53,100 nt of DNA from Candidatus Hydrogenedentota bacterium (GCA_030432675.1 JAUIMA010000001.1:1-53100); one strand, 5' to 3'; shown: positions 35,685-48,945, numbered from the stretch's first letter. The notes: generated by a model from the letters alone, not told the origin. Numbers and translations: made by a program.

Positions 35685-36704
35685 TCAGCCCAATCCCTGA
35701 TCATGTCTGGCCCGCGCGGATCGCAACAGCAAATCGGCCGCGCGCTGATCGCGCGACTGCTGATCCCGCACATTTCGCTCCCGAATACCGCCTGGGGCCA
35801 CCGGCGTTACGGGGGCGGGTGGCCGGGCAGATGCCCCGATAGCTGCCGCAACGCGGGCACGCTTTTCGGGATCGGGTAACGTGGTCTTCTCTATCGTATG
35901 TAACACTATATCGTGCGTTATGCGCCTGGTCTTTAGCTGGGCCGCCAATAGAAGGGCATTTCGACACAGGGTTACCATGACACGAGGACTTCCTTCGGCG
36001 TAGGCGTGGATGGCCCGCAGGGCGCCCTCTTCAAACTCGGGGCCCGTGCCCGGCTGGGCTCCCGCCTGCTGTAAGCGAAAGGCAATAAACTGCTGGGCCT
36101 CATCAAAATCGATGGGTTCCAGCGTATAGGTCAGGTTGATCCGTTGCTCAAAATTGGGTGCGGCCTGTAAGACCTGCATCCATTCCAGCTGCGCAAAGAA
36201 CACCAGGTTCAGTAATTTGTGTTGCTGGGTTTCCAGATTCTGCACCAGCCGGAGCAACTCCAGTTGACCGCGCTTATTCAGATTCTGCGCATCGTCAATG
36301 ATGAGTGTGCAAATCCGATCCCGATTTTCCAGGAGATGCTGGTTCAACGCCTCCATATAGGCCACGAACGATTGCTCCGCAGGGCGCAGACCAAATTGAG
36401 CCACGATACTCTCCAGCAGGGCAAAACTGGTCCAGGAGGGTATGGGCGATCCGATCACCGCCGTAAGATAGCGATCCGGATCGGCCGCCATCCCCGTCAT
36501 CAGCTTACGCAGGAGGGTCGTCTTGCCCGTACCATAATTCCCGAGCACGACTGCGATCCCGTGAGAAGCATCGATACCATTCCACAGACGGTAGAGGCAC
36601 TCTTTGTGGCCCCGGGTGGCGTAAAAATACACCGGGTCTGCTGTGGGAGCAAAAGGCTGCTCCGCGAGACCCAACTGACGTAAATAGGTTTGCGTTCCAT
36701 CCAT
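35685..36704 (-). CDS. ExeA/GspA/MshM-like AAA+ ATPase (no peptidoglycan-binding tail)
   Basis: ORF 35685-36869. Family-typical start at ATG 36704 (MDGTQTYLRQLGLAEQPFAPTADPVYFY). Walker A LGNYGTGKTTL. Walker B LIIDDAQNL. Confidence 0.85.
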   Translation of the reverse strand: MDGTQTYLRQLGLAEQPFAPTADPVYFYATRGHKECLYRLWNGIDASHGIAVVLGNYGTGKTTLLRKLMTGMAADPDRYLTAVIGSPIPSWTSFALLESIVAQFGLRPAEQSFVAYMEALNQHLLENRDRICTLIIDDAQNLNKRGQLELLRLVQNLETQQHKLLNLVFFAQLEWMQVLQAAPNFEQRINLTYTLEPIDFDEAQQFIAFRLQQAGAQPGTGPEFEEGALRAIHAYAEGSPRVMVTLCRNALLLAAQLKTRRITHDIVLHTIEKTTLPDPEKRARVAAAIGASARPPAPVTPVAPGGIRERNVRDQQSRDQRAADLLLRSARARHDQGLG

Positions 36705-37178
36705 GCGCGTATGCCTGTTCCAATCGGTGTAGATTTGCCAAGCCCTCTGCACGCGGTATAGGACACACCGCCGTTCAGAGCGCCCCCAATACAGAGGGGA
36801 CCACAACATAGGGGGCATCCCTGCACCCTGAATCGCGATCTTGGCTACTGTGGGTAGACCTGCCGCCACTGCGCACCGCGACGAAACGGTTTCGTCACGA
36901 AATCCGACCCACTCCGGGGCCTGTAAATCACACCAACGCAGCAGCTAAGCAATTGATTTCAACCGATCTAGCCACTCCTAATAATACTCCTGCAAAACAG
37001 GACTGTCAACCGATTACCGGTGCGGCCCAAATTTTTGGTCGGCCACCGGAAACCCCGTAAGCTGCGGAAAGAACGAATTTCGAGACCCTATGGACGATGG
37101 GACGCAGATAATGACCCCGTGCCCTTGCTATACTGCGGCCTCAATTTGCCCCCGAAAACAGCCTCACAGGAGTTAACG

Positions 37179-40874
<3,696 letters not shown>

Positions 40875-40911
40875 GCGTGGCAATCACCGCAGGGGAAATA
40901 CGGACGGCGCA

Positions 40912-41790
40912 TTGGACAAATCAGAAGCAAAGAAGGTCTTTCGAGAGGCGGACACCCTCTACGAGCAGGGCCAATACGACGCGGCATTGCACCTGCTGCA
41001 ACGGTTGAACCGTGAATTCCCCCGTCAGAAGCACATCATGTATTCCGCCGCCCTCTGCCTGGAACAACTCGGCCGTGCCCAGGAATCCATCGCACTGTGC
41101 GAACAACTCATCGAACGCTTTCAGGATGACCGCGCCGAAATAATTCTCAGTCGCTTCGCCGGTGAAGAGGCCCCCGAGCCACCGGTCATCACCCCCAGTG
41201 GCTCACGGCGCCTCACGACCGATGACCGCCGTCTCATCGCCATGCTCATGCAGGACCCTGAAACCATGACGCCCCTGCCAGCACGCCGTGGGTCTGACCG
41301 CATTCTCCTTTACAGCATTGGCGTGATTGCCCTGGCATTGACTATCGTAATAGCGGCGGGTGCCTTTGTGTTTTACGCGCCCGGCGCGGGCCCATCCACG
41401 GGCATCTCCCTCAGCACCAACGGCGACACCCTCACCCTCGGGCAGGTCTTCGTCATTTTCCTGGCCACCAGCTTCGCCGCCAACACGGTGGCCATGTTCG
41501 TCCTGCTGGCCCTCATGGGACACCAGCGCTACGAGTCTCCGGTGGACAATGTCTTCGACGTCATGCAATATGCGTTCTACGTCAGTTTGCTCTTGTGCAT
41601 CCCCGTACTTGGCTGGATCGCCATCCCCCTTATGCTCCGACGACATTACTTTTTCCCCATGGGAGAACTCTTCCTCTTTCTCCTCCTGCAGACGGTCATG
41701 GCCACGGGCTTCGCCATTATCTTCGGAGCCATCATGCTACTCCTCGGATACGGCTGGGTATTCTCCAACCTCGCCGACGCGGCCGCCTGA
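40912..41790 (+). CDS. TPR-like N-terminal domain membrane protein (4-5 TM)
   Basis: 292 aa, TTG start in the track. The N-terminus ADTLYEQGQYDAALHLLQRLNREFPRQKHIMYSAALCLEQLG is TPR-like. The C-terminal half is hydrophobic. Paralogous to the N-terminus of 42144-42599. Confidence 0.65.
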   Translation: MDKSEAKKVFREADTLYEQGQYDAALHLLQRLNREFPRQKHIMYSAALCLEQLGRAQESIALCEQLIERFQDDRAEIILSRFAGEEAPEPPVITPSGSRRLTTDDRRLIAMLMQDPETMTPLPARRGSDRILLYSIGVIALALTIVIAAGAFVFYAPGAGPSTGISLSTNGDTLTLGQVFVIFLATSFAANTVAMFVLLALMGHQRYESPVDNVFDVMQYAFYVSLLLCIPVLGWIAIPLMLRRHYFFPMGELFLFLLLQTVMATGFAIIFGAIMLLLGYGWVFSNLADAAA

Positions 41791-42143
41791 CAAGGCCAGC
41801 TTATAGCACTACAAAGGTGCCGCCCTTACGGACGTGAGGTACGGGGACTGCCTCGACGTCGTCCACCCTGCCCCACGCATACCAACCCCGGGGCCAACGG
41901 GTCCCCCTACCCCCGTAACACGACCGCAACCGTCGGAGACGTCCCCCTCCCCATGACGCTCTGGTTCCTTCCAGAGGGGGACAGCCTCGCCTTCCGAGAT
42001 ACCGCCTCCTGAAAATGACAATGGTTGAACACCACAGTTTTTACCTTACTGCGTCGCGATTGAAGTCGAGGCAGTCCCCGGAAGTTGCGCCCCGTCCCGG
42101 CCTGTCGTATTATTTGGGGTGCGCACATCGCACGAGGATACTT

Positions 42144-42599
42144 ATGGAACGACATATCGCCCAGAATAAGTTCGGCCAGGCCGACCTCCTGTTCCAACAG
42201 GGACGTTTCGACGAATCCCTGTCGCTCTTGGATGAATTAGACCAGGCCTTTCCGAATTCACCCAACGTGATGTTTCCCCGGGCACGGTGTCTTCTGGAGA
42301 TTGGGGAGACCAACGAGGCCCTCGACATCCTTGATGAATTGGCGCTCCAGCACCAACATCAGGAAGCCATCGAGCTCAAGAGTGAAGTCGCCGATGCCCT
42401 CATCACCCTGACCCAGCCGGTTCAATCGGAGGCCCGTCACCGGGATGGCCCTACACCGGATCAGGTAAAGGCCGCACGGTCATCCAGTCACGCGGGCAGT
42501 GTGCCGGAGATTACCGGCAACCGGATAGTCTTCGTGGTGGTTGGATTAGGCTTGCTGATCGTGTTGCTGGGCATCGTGCTCGTGGTGGTCGCCCAATAA
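42144..42599 (+). CDS. TPR-like N-terminal domain protein with single C-terminal TM
   Basis: ORF 42015-42599. ATG 42144 is preceded by GAGGA. ADLLFQQGRFDESLSLLDELDQAFPNSPNVMFPRARCLLEIG aligns with 40912-41790. C-terminal TM IVFVVVGLGLLIVLLGIVLVVV. Confidence 0.65.
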   Translation: MERHIAQNKFGQADLLFQQGRFDESLSLLDELDQAFPNSPNVMFPRARCLLEIGETNEALDILDELALQHQHQEAIELKSEVADALITLTQPVQSEARHRDGPTPDQVKAARSSSHAGSVPEITGNRIVFVVVGLGLLIVLLGIVLVVVAQ

Positions 42600-42603
42600 G
42601 GGC

Positions 42604-44241
42604 CTACTGCACCATGGCCTTGATCGACTCAATGCGTTTCAGGTTGTCACGCACATCTTGCAACACAGCCTTCTCTTCTTCAAAGGCCAGTCGGGGGGCC
42701 AGAAAAGCCGCTTTCAAATCCTGCAAGCTTCCTTGACGGGCCATCCACGCCACAGACCGTATTGCGAATGAAAGTATGACCAACTCCACCGTTGTGATAA
42801 TGGCAAGTACCGTCGCCGAATGGATGAGAAACGACACGTCGAGAAATCGTGCCGCCAGGTAGGACTTCACGACGATAAAGGCGGTATAGCACAAGAAGGC
42901 CACGGGCGGCACATCGAGCAATACGGTCGTCAGCCACCGACTCAAACGCCGGGCACCGTTTTGAACCCGCTCCCGGGCGGGCCCCTTGATCACCGAGACC
43001 AGCCGCCGGTCCAATTCCTGCTGAAAGGCCAACTCTCCCGCCCCCTCGCGCACCTCAATACCGGCGCGAACAAAGGTCAGGGCCAGCTCGCTCTGCTGGG
43101 TGCGGTAATATTCCAAGACCCGCTCGGGTGCGATGGTCTCCTCATGGGGCATCAAATCATCGCTGGTCAGTAGCTCCGCCGCGCGACGTCCATCGCTGTT
43201 CTTCAGTCCCGCCAACGACAGAAAGCTCGGCATCCGCATGGGCAGACTGCGGAGCGCATCCAAGACGCGATAACAAATCCCTATATACCCTTTGGAGCGC
43301 ACGCTCGTCTCACGACCCACGGCATAGGTCCAGAGATGGGGTTCGGCGAAAAGGTGGTCACTCACAAAGCCCAGGCTTTCCCGGGCGAGTGCCTTGTCCG
43401 ACGCTTGAATTCCCTTTTCCAGGTCGGCGAGGGCGGGCCTGATTTCCTCCGCAATCTCATCGAGGCGCTGTGTCGCCTTCTGGAGGAGTCCCGCCACGTT
43501 GGACCGCTTGATCCGGGCAATACGCTCGCGGTTCAACTCCTGCCGCAAGAACTGGTCCAGCGCCGGCCCATCGTATTCCTCTTCCTCGGGCTTGCCACCG
43601 GCCATCTTGCGATCCAGCGTGCGCAGGGCGTTTACCCGAAAGTAAGGCCCCGTCTCAAAGCCCTGATCCTTCAGCCGCTCCAGCCAGTGCTCTTTAACCG
43701 AAGGCTGGGGACCCGCTTTGGTCTCCACGCAAATCATGGCGCGCTGCCCACGAAGGGGACGCAACAAGGACCACGAGGCTTCGTCCAGATACTTCTCCGT
43801 GCTCGCGCACAATACGATTAAATCGCATTGCTTTAAGACCTCTACGGTGCGCTCCCGGTGGATATGAGCGATGCTGTCCGAGTCGGGCGTATCAATGAGC
43901 ACAAGGTGTTCCAGCGCCGACCGGGGCACCCCCTCCCATTCATGGAAGGGCAATTCTGTTCCGGGCGGGTGATAGGCCATGGGCTTGGTGGTACAGGGGC
44001 GCATGGCCGACGTCAGGGCAATCTGGTCGCCTGCAATGGCATTGAGCAGGGTCGACTTTCCCACACCAGAGCCGCCCACCAGGGCCACCACCAGAACATC
44101 GTCCAGGCGGGCCTCGCGGGTCTGTAACTCGTTGACCCGCTCCCGAAGACGGGCCGTCTCCTGACGGAGGGCTTTCCAGGGGCCGTCATAGTCGGCCAGG
44201 GCTTCCAGGTGCTCGAGGACGTTTAAGATACTGTCAGACAC
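42604..44241 (-). CDS. membrane-anchored P-loop GTPase (dynamin-like?), partner B
   Basis: 545 aa. G1 GGSGVGKST, G3 LIDTPD, degenerate G4 ETKAG. Long helical middle. Two C-proximal TM segments (TTVLLDVPPVAFLCYTAFIVV and FLIHSATVLAIITTVELVILSFAI). Its start overlaps the upstream gene by 19 nt. Confidence 0.78.
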   Translation of the reverse strand: MSDSILNVLEHLEALADYDGPWKALRQETARLRERVNELQTREARLDDVLVVALVGGSGVGKSTLLNAIAGDQIALTSAMRPCTTKPMAYHPPGTELPFHEWEGVPRSALEHLVLIDTPDSDSIAHIHRERTVEVLKQCDLIVLCASTEKYLDEASWSLLRPLRGQRAMICVETKAGPQPSVKEHWLERLKDQGFETGPYFRVNALRTLDRKMAGGKPEEEEYDGPALDQFLRQELNRERIARIKRSNVAGLLQKATQRLDEIAEEIRPALADLEKGIQASDKALARESLGFVSDHLFAEPHLWTYAVGRETSVRSKGYIGICYRVLDALRSLPMRMPSFLSLAGLKNSDGRRAAELLTSDDLMPHEETIAPERVLEYYRTQQSELALTFVRAGIEVREGAGELAFQQELDRRLVSVIKGPARERVQNGARRLSRWLTTVLLDVPPVAFLCYTAFIVVKSYLAARFLDVSFLIHSATVLAIITTVELVILSFAIRSVAWMARQGSLQDLKAAFLAPRLAFEEEKAVLQDVRDNLKRIESIKAMVQ

Positions 44242-45995
44242 TGCGTGTGAATCCTTCGAAGGGTCTCCGCCGCCTCACTATCGAGGGCCGCACGGCCTTC
44301 CGCAAGCGGCACGAGGGCCGCCTCTAAAATGTGTTCATGGAGCGCCCGCTCAAATCGGGCCTGCTGTTCTTTGTGCCAGGGCGCCATGAGGTCCACCCAC
44401 TTGTCGGCAAACTGGTGCTCCAGCACCCGGGAGAAAAATTCCCCGGCCAAGGGGCTCGTCGCCGCCACCACTTCCGGAACGCCCACCCCGCCCGAATAGA
44501 CCGCCAGGGGCAAGGCCACCGCCGTGGGTGCGAGCATGAGCATGGCATCCAACTGCACCAGAAAAAGACGGCGCATCTTATTGTCATTCCACCATTCATC
44601 CAGCGTCTTCTCCGCATGGGCACGGAACGCATCCGAAATATTGTCGTCCACCAACGTCGCCGCCTCGACGGCCGCCACCACCTCGGTGACCTCCAGGGCC
44701 TCGAATCGTTTGGCGACCATGTCCCGGGCAGGCTGATCGAGATGCTCCGCCAGCTCGACACAGTCCCGGATGAAATCCCGGGTGCGGATGGACAACTCGC
44801 GTGCGTGGTAGGAGCGCAGTTCATCGGCCGTGGGCGGTTTCTTCGCCGAAGTGAGCGTCAGCCGACTGCGCACCATCTCGCCCAGCGAACGCCCCACATA
44901 GCTCACCCCATCCACCGCGGCCGCACCCACCTTACCCACCGTACGGCTTACGGCACCACGGCGGGCCTTGATGTGGTTGTGAAGCAGTTTGCCAACTTGC
45001 GCACCAGGCTCTGGATCATAGCTCTGCGCCACGGCCTCGGCGCGGTGCTCAAACAGCTTTGACACCCCGTCGAAACTCTTGGCAAAGTCATCGAGACGTG
45101 CCACAAATTCTTCGGTGTGTCCCGTGAAGTGTTTCAGCGTATCCCGATAGACCCGGTCTTTCGTGTCGACCACATCCATCTGTTCCAGGTAAGCGCGCAG
45201 GGGCTCCGTATCGCTGAGAGAAGCGATGCGGTGATCACAGGATTCCATGAGGGTAAAATCGTGGGGCACCACGAAAAATGTGCGCTCTTCGATACCGACG
45301 GATTGGCAAAAGTCTTCCAGCTGTGCCCGTGCCACTTCAAAATCCTGGGCGTCGTTGGCCTTATTCATCAGCGGCAGAATTACACGTCCCGAATCGGCGG
45401 CCTGACGAAAATAGGCGATGACCTGTTCATCCTGATACTTTTCCCCGGTTAACACGGCAATCAGCACATCACAGACCGCCTGAATGTTTTCTGCCACATC
45501 CCAATTAATGAGATCGATAGAATCCACATCGGGCACATCCAGCAACACCATGTGATCGGGCAGTCCTTCACAGGCTTTCATAAAGAGGGTGTCGGGCGCC
45601 GCGCTCCGGTCGATGGGGTCGGTGTCGTGGGCCTGAAAGCGCGCCTGAAGTCCCGGAACCAGGTTGCCCGCCACACCCTGGTCGAAGCGATGCTGATTGC
45701 CAACCAACAAGGGCCGACACGTCGCCGCAGCCGTCGCCCGCACGGGACTTAGTTCGGCCCCGGCGAGGAGATTGAAAACCGTAGATTTACCGGTATTAGT
45801 CCCCCCCGCCACTGCGGCAACGAGCACATCCTTTCCCGCCAACTGGGGAAGGAGCTTGAAGGTCAACAACTTGCGCCATTCGCCGGTATCTTTGAACAGG
45901 GCCCCATGGAGCGCGGGCTGTGATTCCAACGCCGAATCCAACGTGCGCAGGGCCGTGTCGAAGACTTCCAGATCGTGATTCAAGGCATCATCCAT
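44223..45995 (-). CDS. P-loop GTPase with hydrophobic C-proximal segment (dynamin-like?), partner A
   Basis: 590 aa. G1 GGTNTGKST, G3 LLDVPD, G4-like LMNKAND. Helical stalk-like region. Hydrophobic LFLVQLDAMLMLAPTAVALPLAVY. Confidence 0.78.
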   Translation of the reverse strand: MDDALNHDLEVFDTALRTLDSALESQPALHGALFKDTGEWRKLLTFKLLPQLAGKDVLVAAVAGGTNTGKSTVFNLLAGAELSPVRATAAATCRPLLVGNQHRFDQGVAGNLVPGLQARFQAHDTDPIDRSAAPDTLFMKACEGLPDHMVLLDVPDVDSIDLINWDVAENIQAVCDVLIAVLTGEKYQDEQVIAYFRQAADSGRVILPLMNKANDAQDFEVARAQLEDFCQSVGIEERTFFVVPHDFTLMESCDHRIASLSDTEPLRAYLEQMDVVDTKDRVYRDTLKHFTGHTEEFVARLDDFAKSFDGVSKLFEHRAEAVAQSYDPEPGAQVGKLLHNHIKARRGAVSRTVGKVGAAAVDGVSYVGRSLGEMVRSRLTLTSAKKPPTADELRSYHARELSIRTRDFIRDCVELAEHLDQPARDMVAKRFEALEVTEVVAAVEAATLVDDNISDAFRAHAEKTLDEWWNDNKMRRLFLVQLDAMLMLAPTAVALPLAVYSGGVGVPEVVAATSPLAGEFFSRVLEHQFADKWVDLMAPWHKEQQARFERALHEHILEAALVPLAEGRAALDSEAAETLRRIHTQCLTVS

Positions 45996-46034
45996 AGACG
46001 TGAACCCGTAGAATGGGGCGGGTGGAGCAGGCCA

Positions 46035-46217
46035 TCAGCCCAGCCACATACCTTTGGTAAGAAAAAGGAGCCAAAGCACTCCGAAAATTGTAAACAGAAT
46101 GGAGAATTTGATGAGCTTCTGCTTGAATTCCGGATCCCGCTGAAATTTACACGTGGGGCACGGCGCTGACGGATCTTCGATTACTTGCCCGCATCCGGGG
46201 CACTGTATGGGAGCCAT
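46035..46217 (-). CDS. zinc-ribbon membrane peptide
   Basis: 60 aa. CPGC-x12-CPTC followed by TM IKFSILFTIFGVLWLLFL. Ends 39 nt upstream of GTPase A on the same strand. Confidence 0.55.
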   Translation of the reverse strand: MAPIQCPGCGQVIEDPSAPCPTCKFQRDPEFKQKLIKFSILFTIFGVLWLLFLTKGMWLG

Positions 46218-46377
46218 GGTATGATTGCCTTCCTTACTTCCGATACCGAAGGGAGCGGGTCTACAGGCCGCTCCTCCAACGGCGTAACCGCCCTATCATA
46301 CGTGATCGGCACGGGCTCAGAAAAACAGTCGCCCACTTATTCTCCGTTCTCCCACCCATTTCACCGTCGAGCGCCCC

Positions 46378-47262
46378 CTATTCGCGGAGGACGCCTTGGT
46401 CCATTGTATGCACCACGGTGGTCCTGTAATCTCTGATTTGCGATGCGATATGCCGGGCAGATGCCTCGTCGGCGCAAAGTCCAAACACGGTAGGACCGCT
46501 ACCACTCATGGCACTCGCAAGACAGCCTGACGCCATCAGTTGCGCCTTGATCACGCCCAACTCCGGGTGATCACAGAGCACACCCGACTCCATGCGATTG
46601 AAAATAACATCGGCCACCTGGCCCGCCGCGAGTCCCGAGAGCGCCGCGTTAAAGGCCGGGGTTTTCCCATTCACGGGGGCCATCACGTTTCGGGTTAACT
46701 GGGGGTGGCCATAGGCGTGCCCTGCCGTCACGGCCAGGGGGGGGTGGACCAATACCAGCCAATGGGTGGGCAGGGGGGGCAATGGCGTCATCACTTCTCC
46801 CCGCCCCGTTGCGGCGACCGTGCCACCGAGGACACAAAAGGGGACGTCAGACCCCAACTCCAATGCCAACTCACAGAGTTTGTGGACATCCCACCCGAGA
46901 GACCACAGGTCATTCAGCGCAATCAAGGTCGCGGCGGCATTTCCGGAGCCGCCCGCCAACCCGGCCGCAATGGGCAAGTTTTTCTCCAAGTGAATCTTCA
47001 CGCCGTCGGGGAGGCCCGTCTGCGCCTTCACCAGCGCGGCAGCGCGATAGACCAGGTTATCCGCCCCTCCACCCAGCGTGTCATCACTGCAGGTCAGTTG
47101 GATTCCCGATGAATGGGGCGCTACCACCAGGCGGTCATAGAGGTTGATGGACTGAAGCACCGTCTCGATATCGGTGAAACCGTCGGAACGACGGGACAGG
47201 ACATCGAGATAGAGATTTATTTTCCCATAAGAACGGTAGGACAAGACCGACACGACACGCAC
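46378..47262 (-). CDS. ispE: 4-(cytidine 5'-diphospho)-2-C-methyl-D-erythritol kinase
   Basis: 294 aa. N-terminus YGKINLYLDVLSRRSDGF. GHMP kinase motif PIAAGLAGGSGNAAATL. Confidence 0.9.
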   Translation of the reverse strand: MRVVSVLSYRSYGKINLYLDVLSRRSDGFTDIETVLQSINLYDRLVVAPHSSGIQLTCSDDTLGGGADNLVYRAAALVKAQTGLPDGVKIHLEKNLPIAAGLAGGSGNAAATLIALNDLWSLGWDVHKLCELALELGSDVPFCVLGGTVAATGRGEVMTPLPPLPTHWLVLVHPPLAVTAGHAYGHPQLTRNVMAPVNGKTPAFNAALSGLAAGQVADVIFNRMESGVLCDHPELGVIKAQLMASGCLASAMSGSGPTVFGLCADEASARHIASQIRDYRTTVVHTMDQGVLRE

Positions 47263-47271
47263 TCCAAACGA

Positions 47272-48945
47272 CTAAAACTTCCGTGTCCACAAAATCGAAA
47301 TTACCAGAACACTACCCAGCAGGCCAGCGAAAACAAAGCCCGCCACGCCCAATCGACTGATGGTCGATTCGGTCGTAATCAGCAAACTGGACCCAACGAT
47401 AAGAGCGGCCACAATCATGCCCACCGTATTTCGGCTGCTCGCCCGATCAATGGTCGCGGCGAGATCATCCAGGTGCTCGTGATGAATTGAGAACTTAAGC
47501 TTTCCTTTGCGCAATTGCTGCAGAAGCTGGGCAATATCCCGGGGCAACTGATGGCCCAGACGTAAGAGCACCCGGGTATTGTGCTTCGCGTCACGAAACA
47601 ACTGCCGGGGGGCATAGCGCCGCTTGATGAGCCGCTCCACATAGGGCTGAATAATGGGCACCATGTCCAGATTGGGGTCAAGGCCCCGCCCCACCATCTC
47701 AATCGTCGCCAGCGCCTTGATAAGCAATGAAAATCGCGGGGCCAATTCCATGTTTGCCCGCTGCAAAATCTGCGTCGTCCGCTCCAGCCCTCGCGCCACC
47801 TGCCCCCCGCCGAGAATGGCGCGAGCCTCAAAGGCGATAAACTCCGTGAGCTCTCGCTCCAACACATCCTGGTCGGCGGGCTCGCCCCCCGTCGTCAATA
47901 GCAGAATGGCATCCACGCAAGCCCGGCTGTCCCGCTCAAAAAGGGCGAGGAACAAATCTCCGATGGCAGCCACATCGCTCTGCTCCAGGTGACCCGCCAT
48001 CCCCAAATCGATAAAGGCCAGGTGATTGTCCTGGGTCACGAAGATGTTGCCCGGATGGGGATCGGCATGAAAAAGCTGGAACTCGAAGACCATGCGACAG
48101 AGGGCGTCACAGCCGTTAATCGCGACCTGCTCTGGCGTGCAATTGCGCTCGGGAAAGGACGCCACCTGATCCACGCGCACCCCGTCCACCCAGTCCATGG
48201 TGAGCAAGGTATGGCCCGAAAACTCCGGGTATACCTGGGGCATATCCACCGCGCCGTCGTCTTCAAAGTTAGTCCGGAACTGCTCGATAACCCGGGCCTC
48301 AATGCTCAAGTCGAGCTCACGCCGGATGGAGCGGGCGAATTCATCCACAATGCCCGGTGGGTCAAGCCAATTGATATCGTCCAGATGCTCGGCGCTCCAT
48401 TCGGCCACCTGGCGCATGAGGCTCAGGTCCGACTCGATAATCTTTTCCACACCGGGACGCTGGATCTTCACCACGACCTGTTGGCCGTCAAAGAGCGTGG
48501 CCCGATAGACCTGACTCAGCGAGGCCGATGCAATGGGCGTGGTGTCGAAGGTGGCGAAAAGTTCGGCACACGACTTACCCAGGGCCGCCTTGACGACCCC
48601 ATCCATCGTTTCGAAGGGGAGGGCATCCACCCGGTCCTGCAGATTGCTGAGCTCCCGTGCTGTCTCAAGCCGAATCAGATCGGGCCGGGTGCTCAGGATT
48701 TGACCGAGCTTCACAAAGGTGGGGCCCAGTTCCACCAGGGCTGAACGCATTCGCTGCCCGAAATTATGGGGAGGGCCCGGGGTAGCTTCCATGAGCTTGA
48801 GGCTGCGCAGTAACTTTGCCGGCAGGCTGCGATGAAACCCGGCCCGTTGCAACAGATCGGCAAAGCCGTGCTTCACGAACACCTGAAGCACTTCCGCCAG
48901 ACGTACGGCGTTTACCGTCTGTTTTCCAAGCCGGGAATAGTGCAC
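47272..48945 (-). CDS. ubiB: ABC1/UbiB-family atypical kinase
   Basis: 557 aa. ASLSQVYRA, FHADPHPGNIFV and IDLGMAG motifs. C-terminal TM segments. The symbol denotes the family only; the physiological role is not established here. Confidence 0.85.
   Translation of the reverse strand: MHYSRLGKQTVNAVRLAEVLQVFVKHGFADLLQRAGFHRSLPAKLLRSLKLMEATPGPPHNFGQRMRSALVELGPTFVKLGQILSTRPDLIRLETARELSNLQDRVDALPFETMDGVVKAALGKSCAELFATFDTTPIASASLSQVYRATLFDGQQVVVKIQRPGVEKIIESDLSLMRQVAEWSAEHLDDINWLDPPGIVDEFARSIRRELDLSIEARVIEQFRTNFEDDGAVDMPQVYPEFSGHTLLTMDWVDGVRVDQVASFPERNCTPEQVAINGCDALCRMVFEFQLFHADPHPGNIFVTQDNHLAFIDLGMAGHLEQSDVAAIGDLFLALFERDSRACVDAILLLTTGGEPADQDVLERELTEFIAFEARAILGGGQVARGLERTTQILQRANMELAPRFSLLIKALATIEMVGRGLDPNLDMVPIIQPYVERLIKRRYAPRQLFRDAKHNTRVLLRLGHQLPRDIAQLLQQLRKGKLKFSIHHEHLDDLAATIDRASSRNTVGMIVAALIVGSSLLITTESTISRLGVAGFVFAGLLGSVLVISILWTRKF

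Noticed and set aside
26379-36704. A type IV pilus or type II secretion locus, given secretin + ExeA-like ATPase + PilT-like ATPase, plus the GspG-like domain at 3663-5120.
   Set aside because: The window has no assembly ATPase (PilB/GspE), platform protein (PilC/GspF), prepilin peptidase or pilin with a G/FTLIE leader. The secretin is instead co-operonic with Wzc and Wzy.
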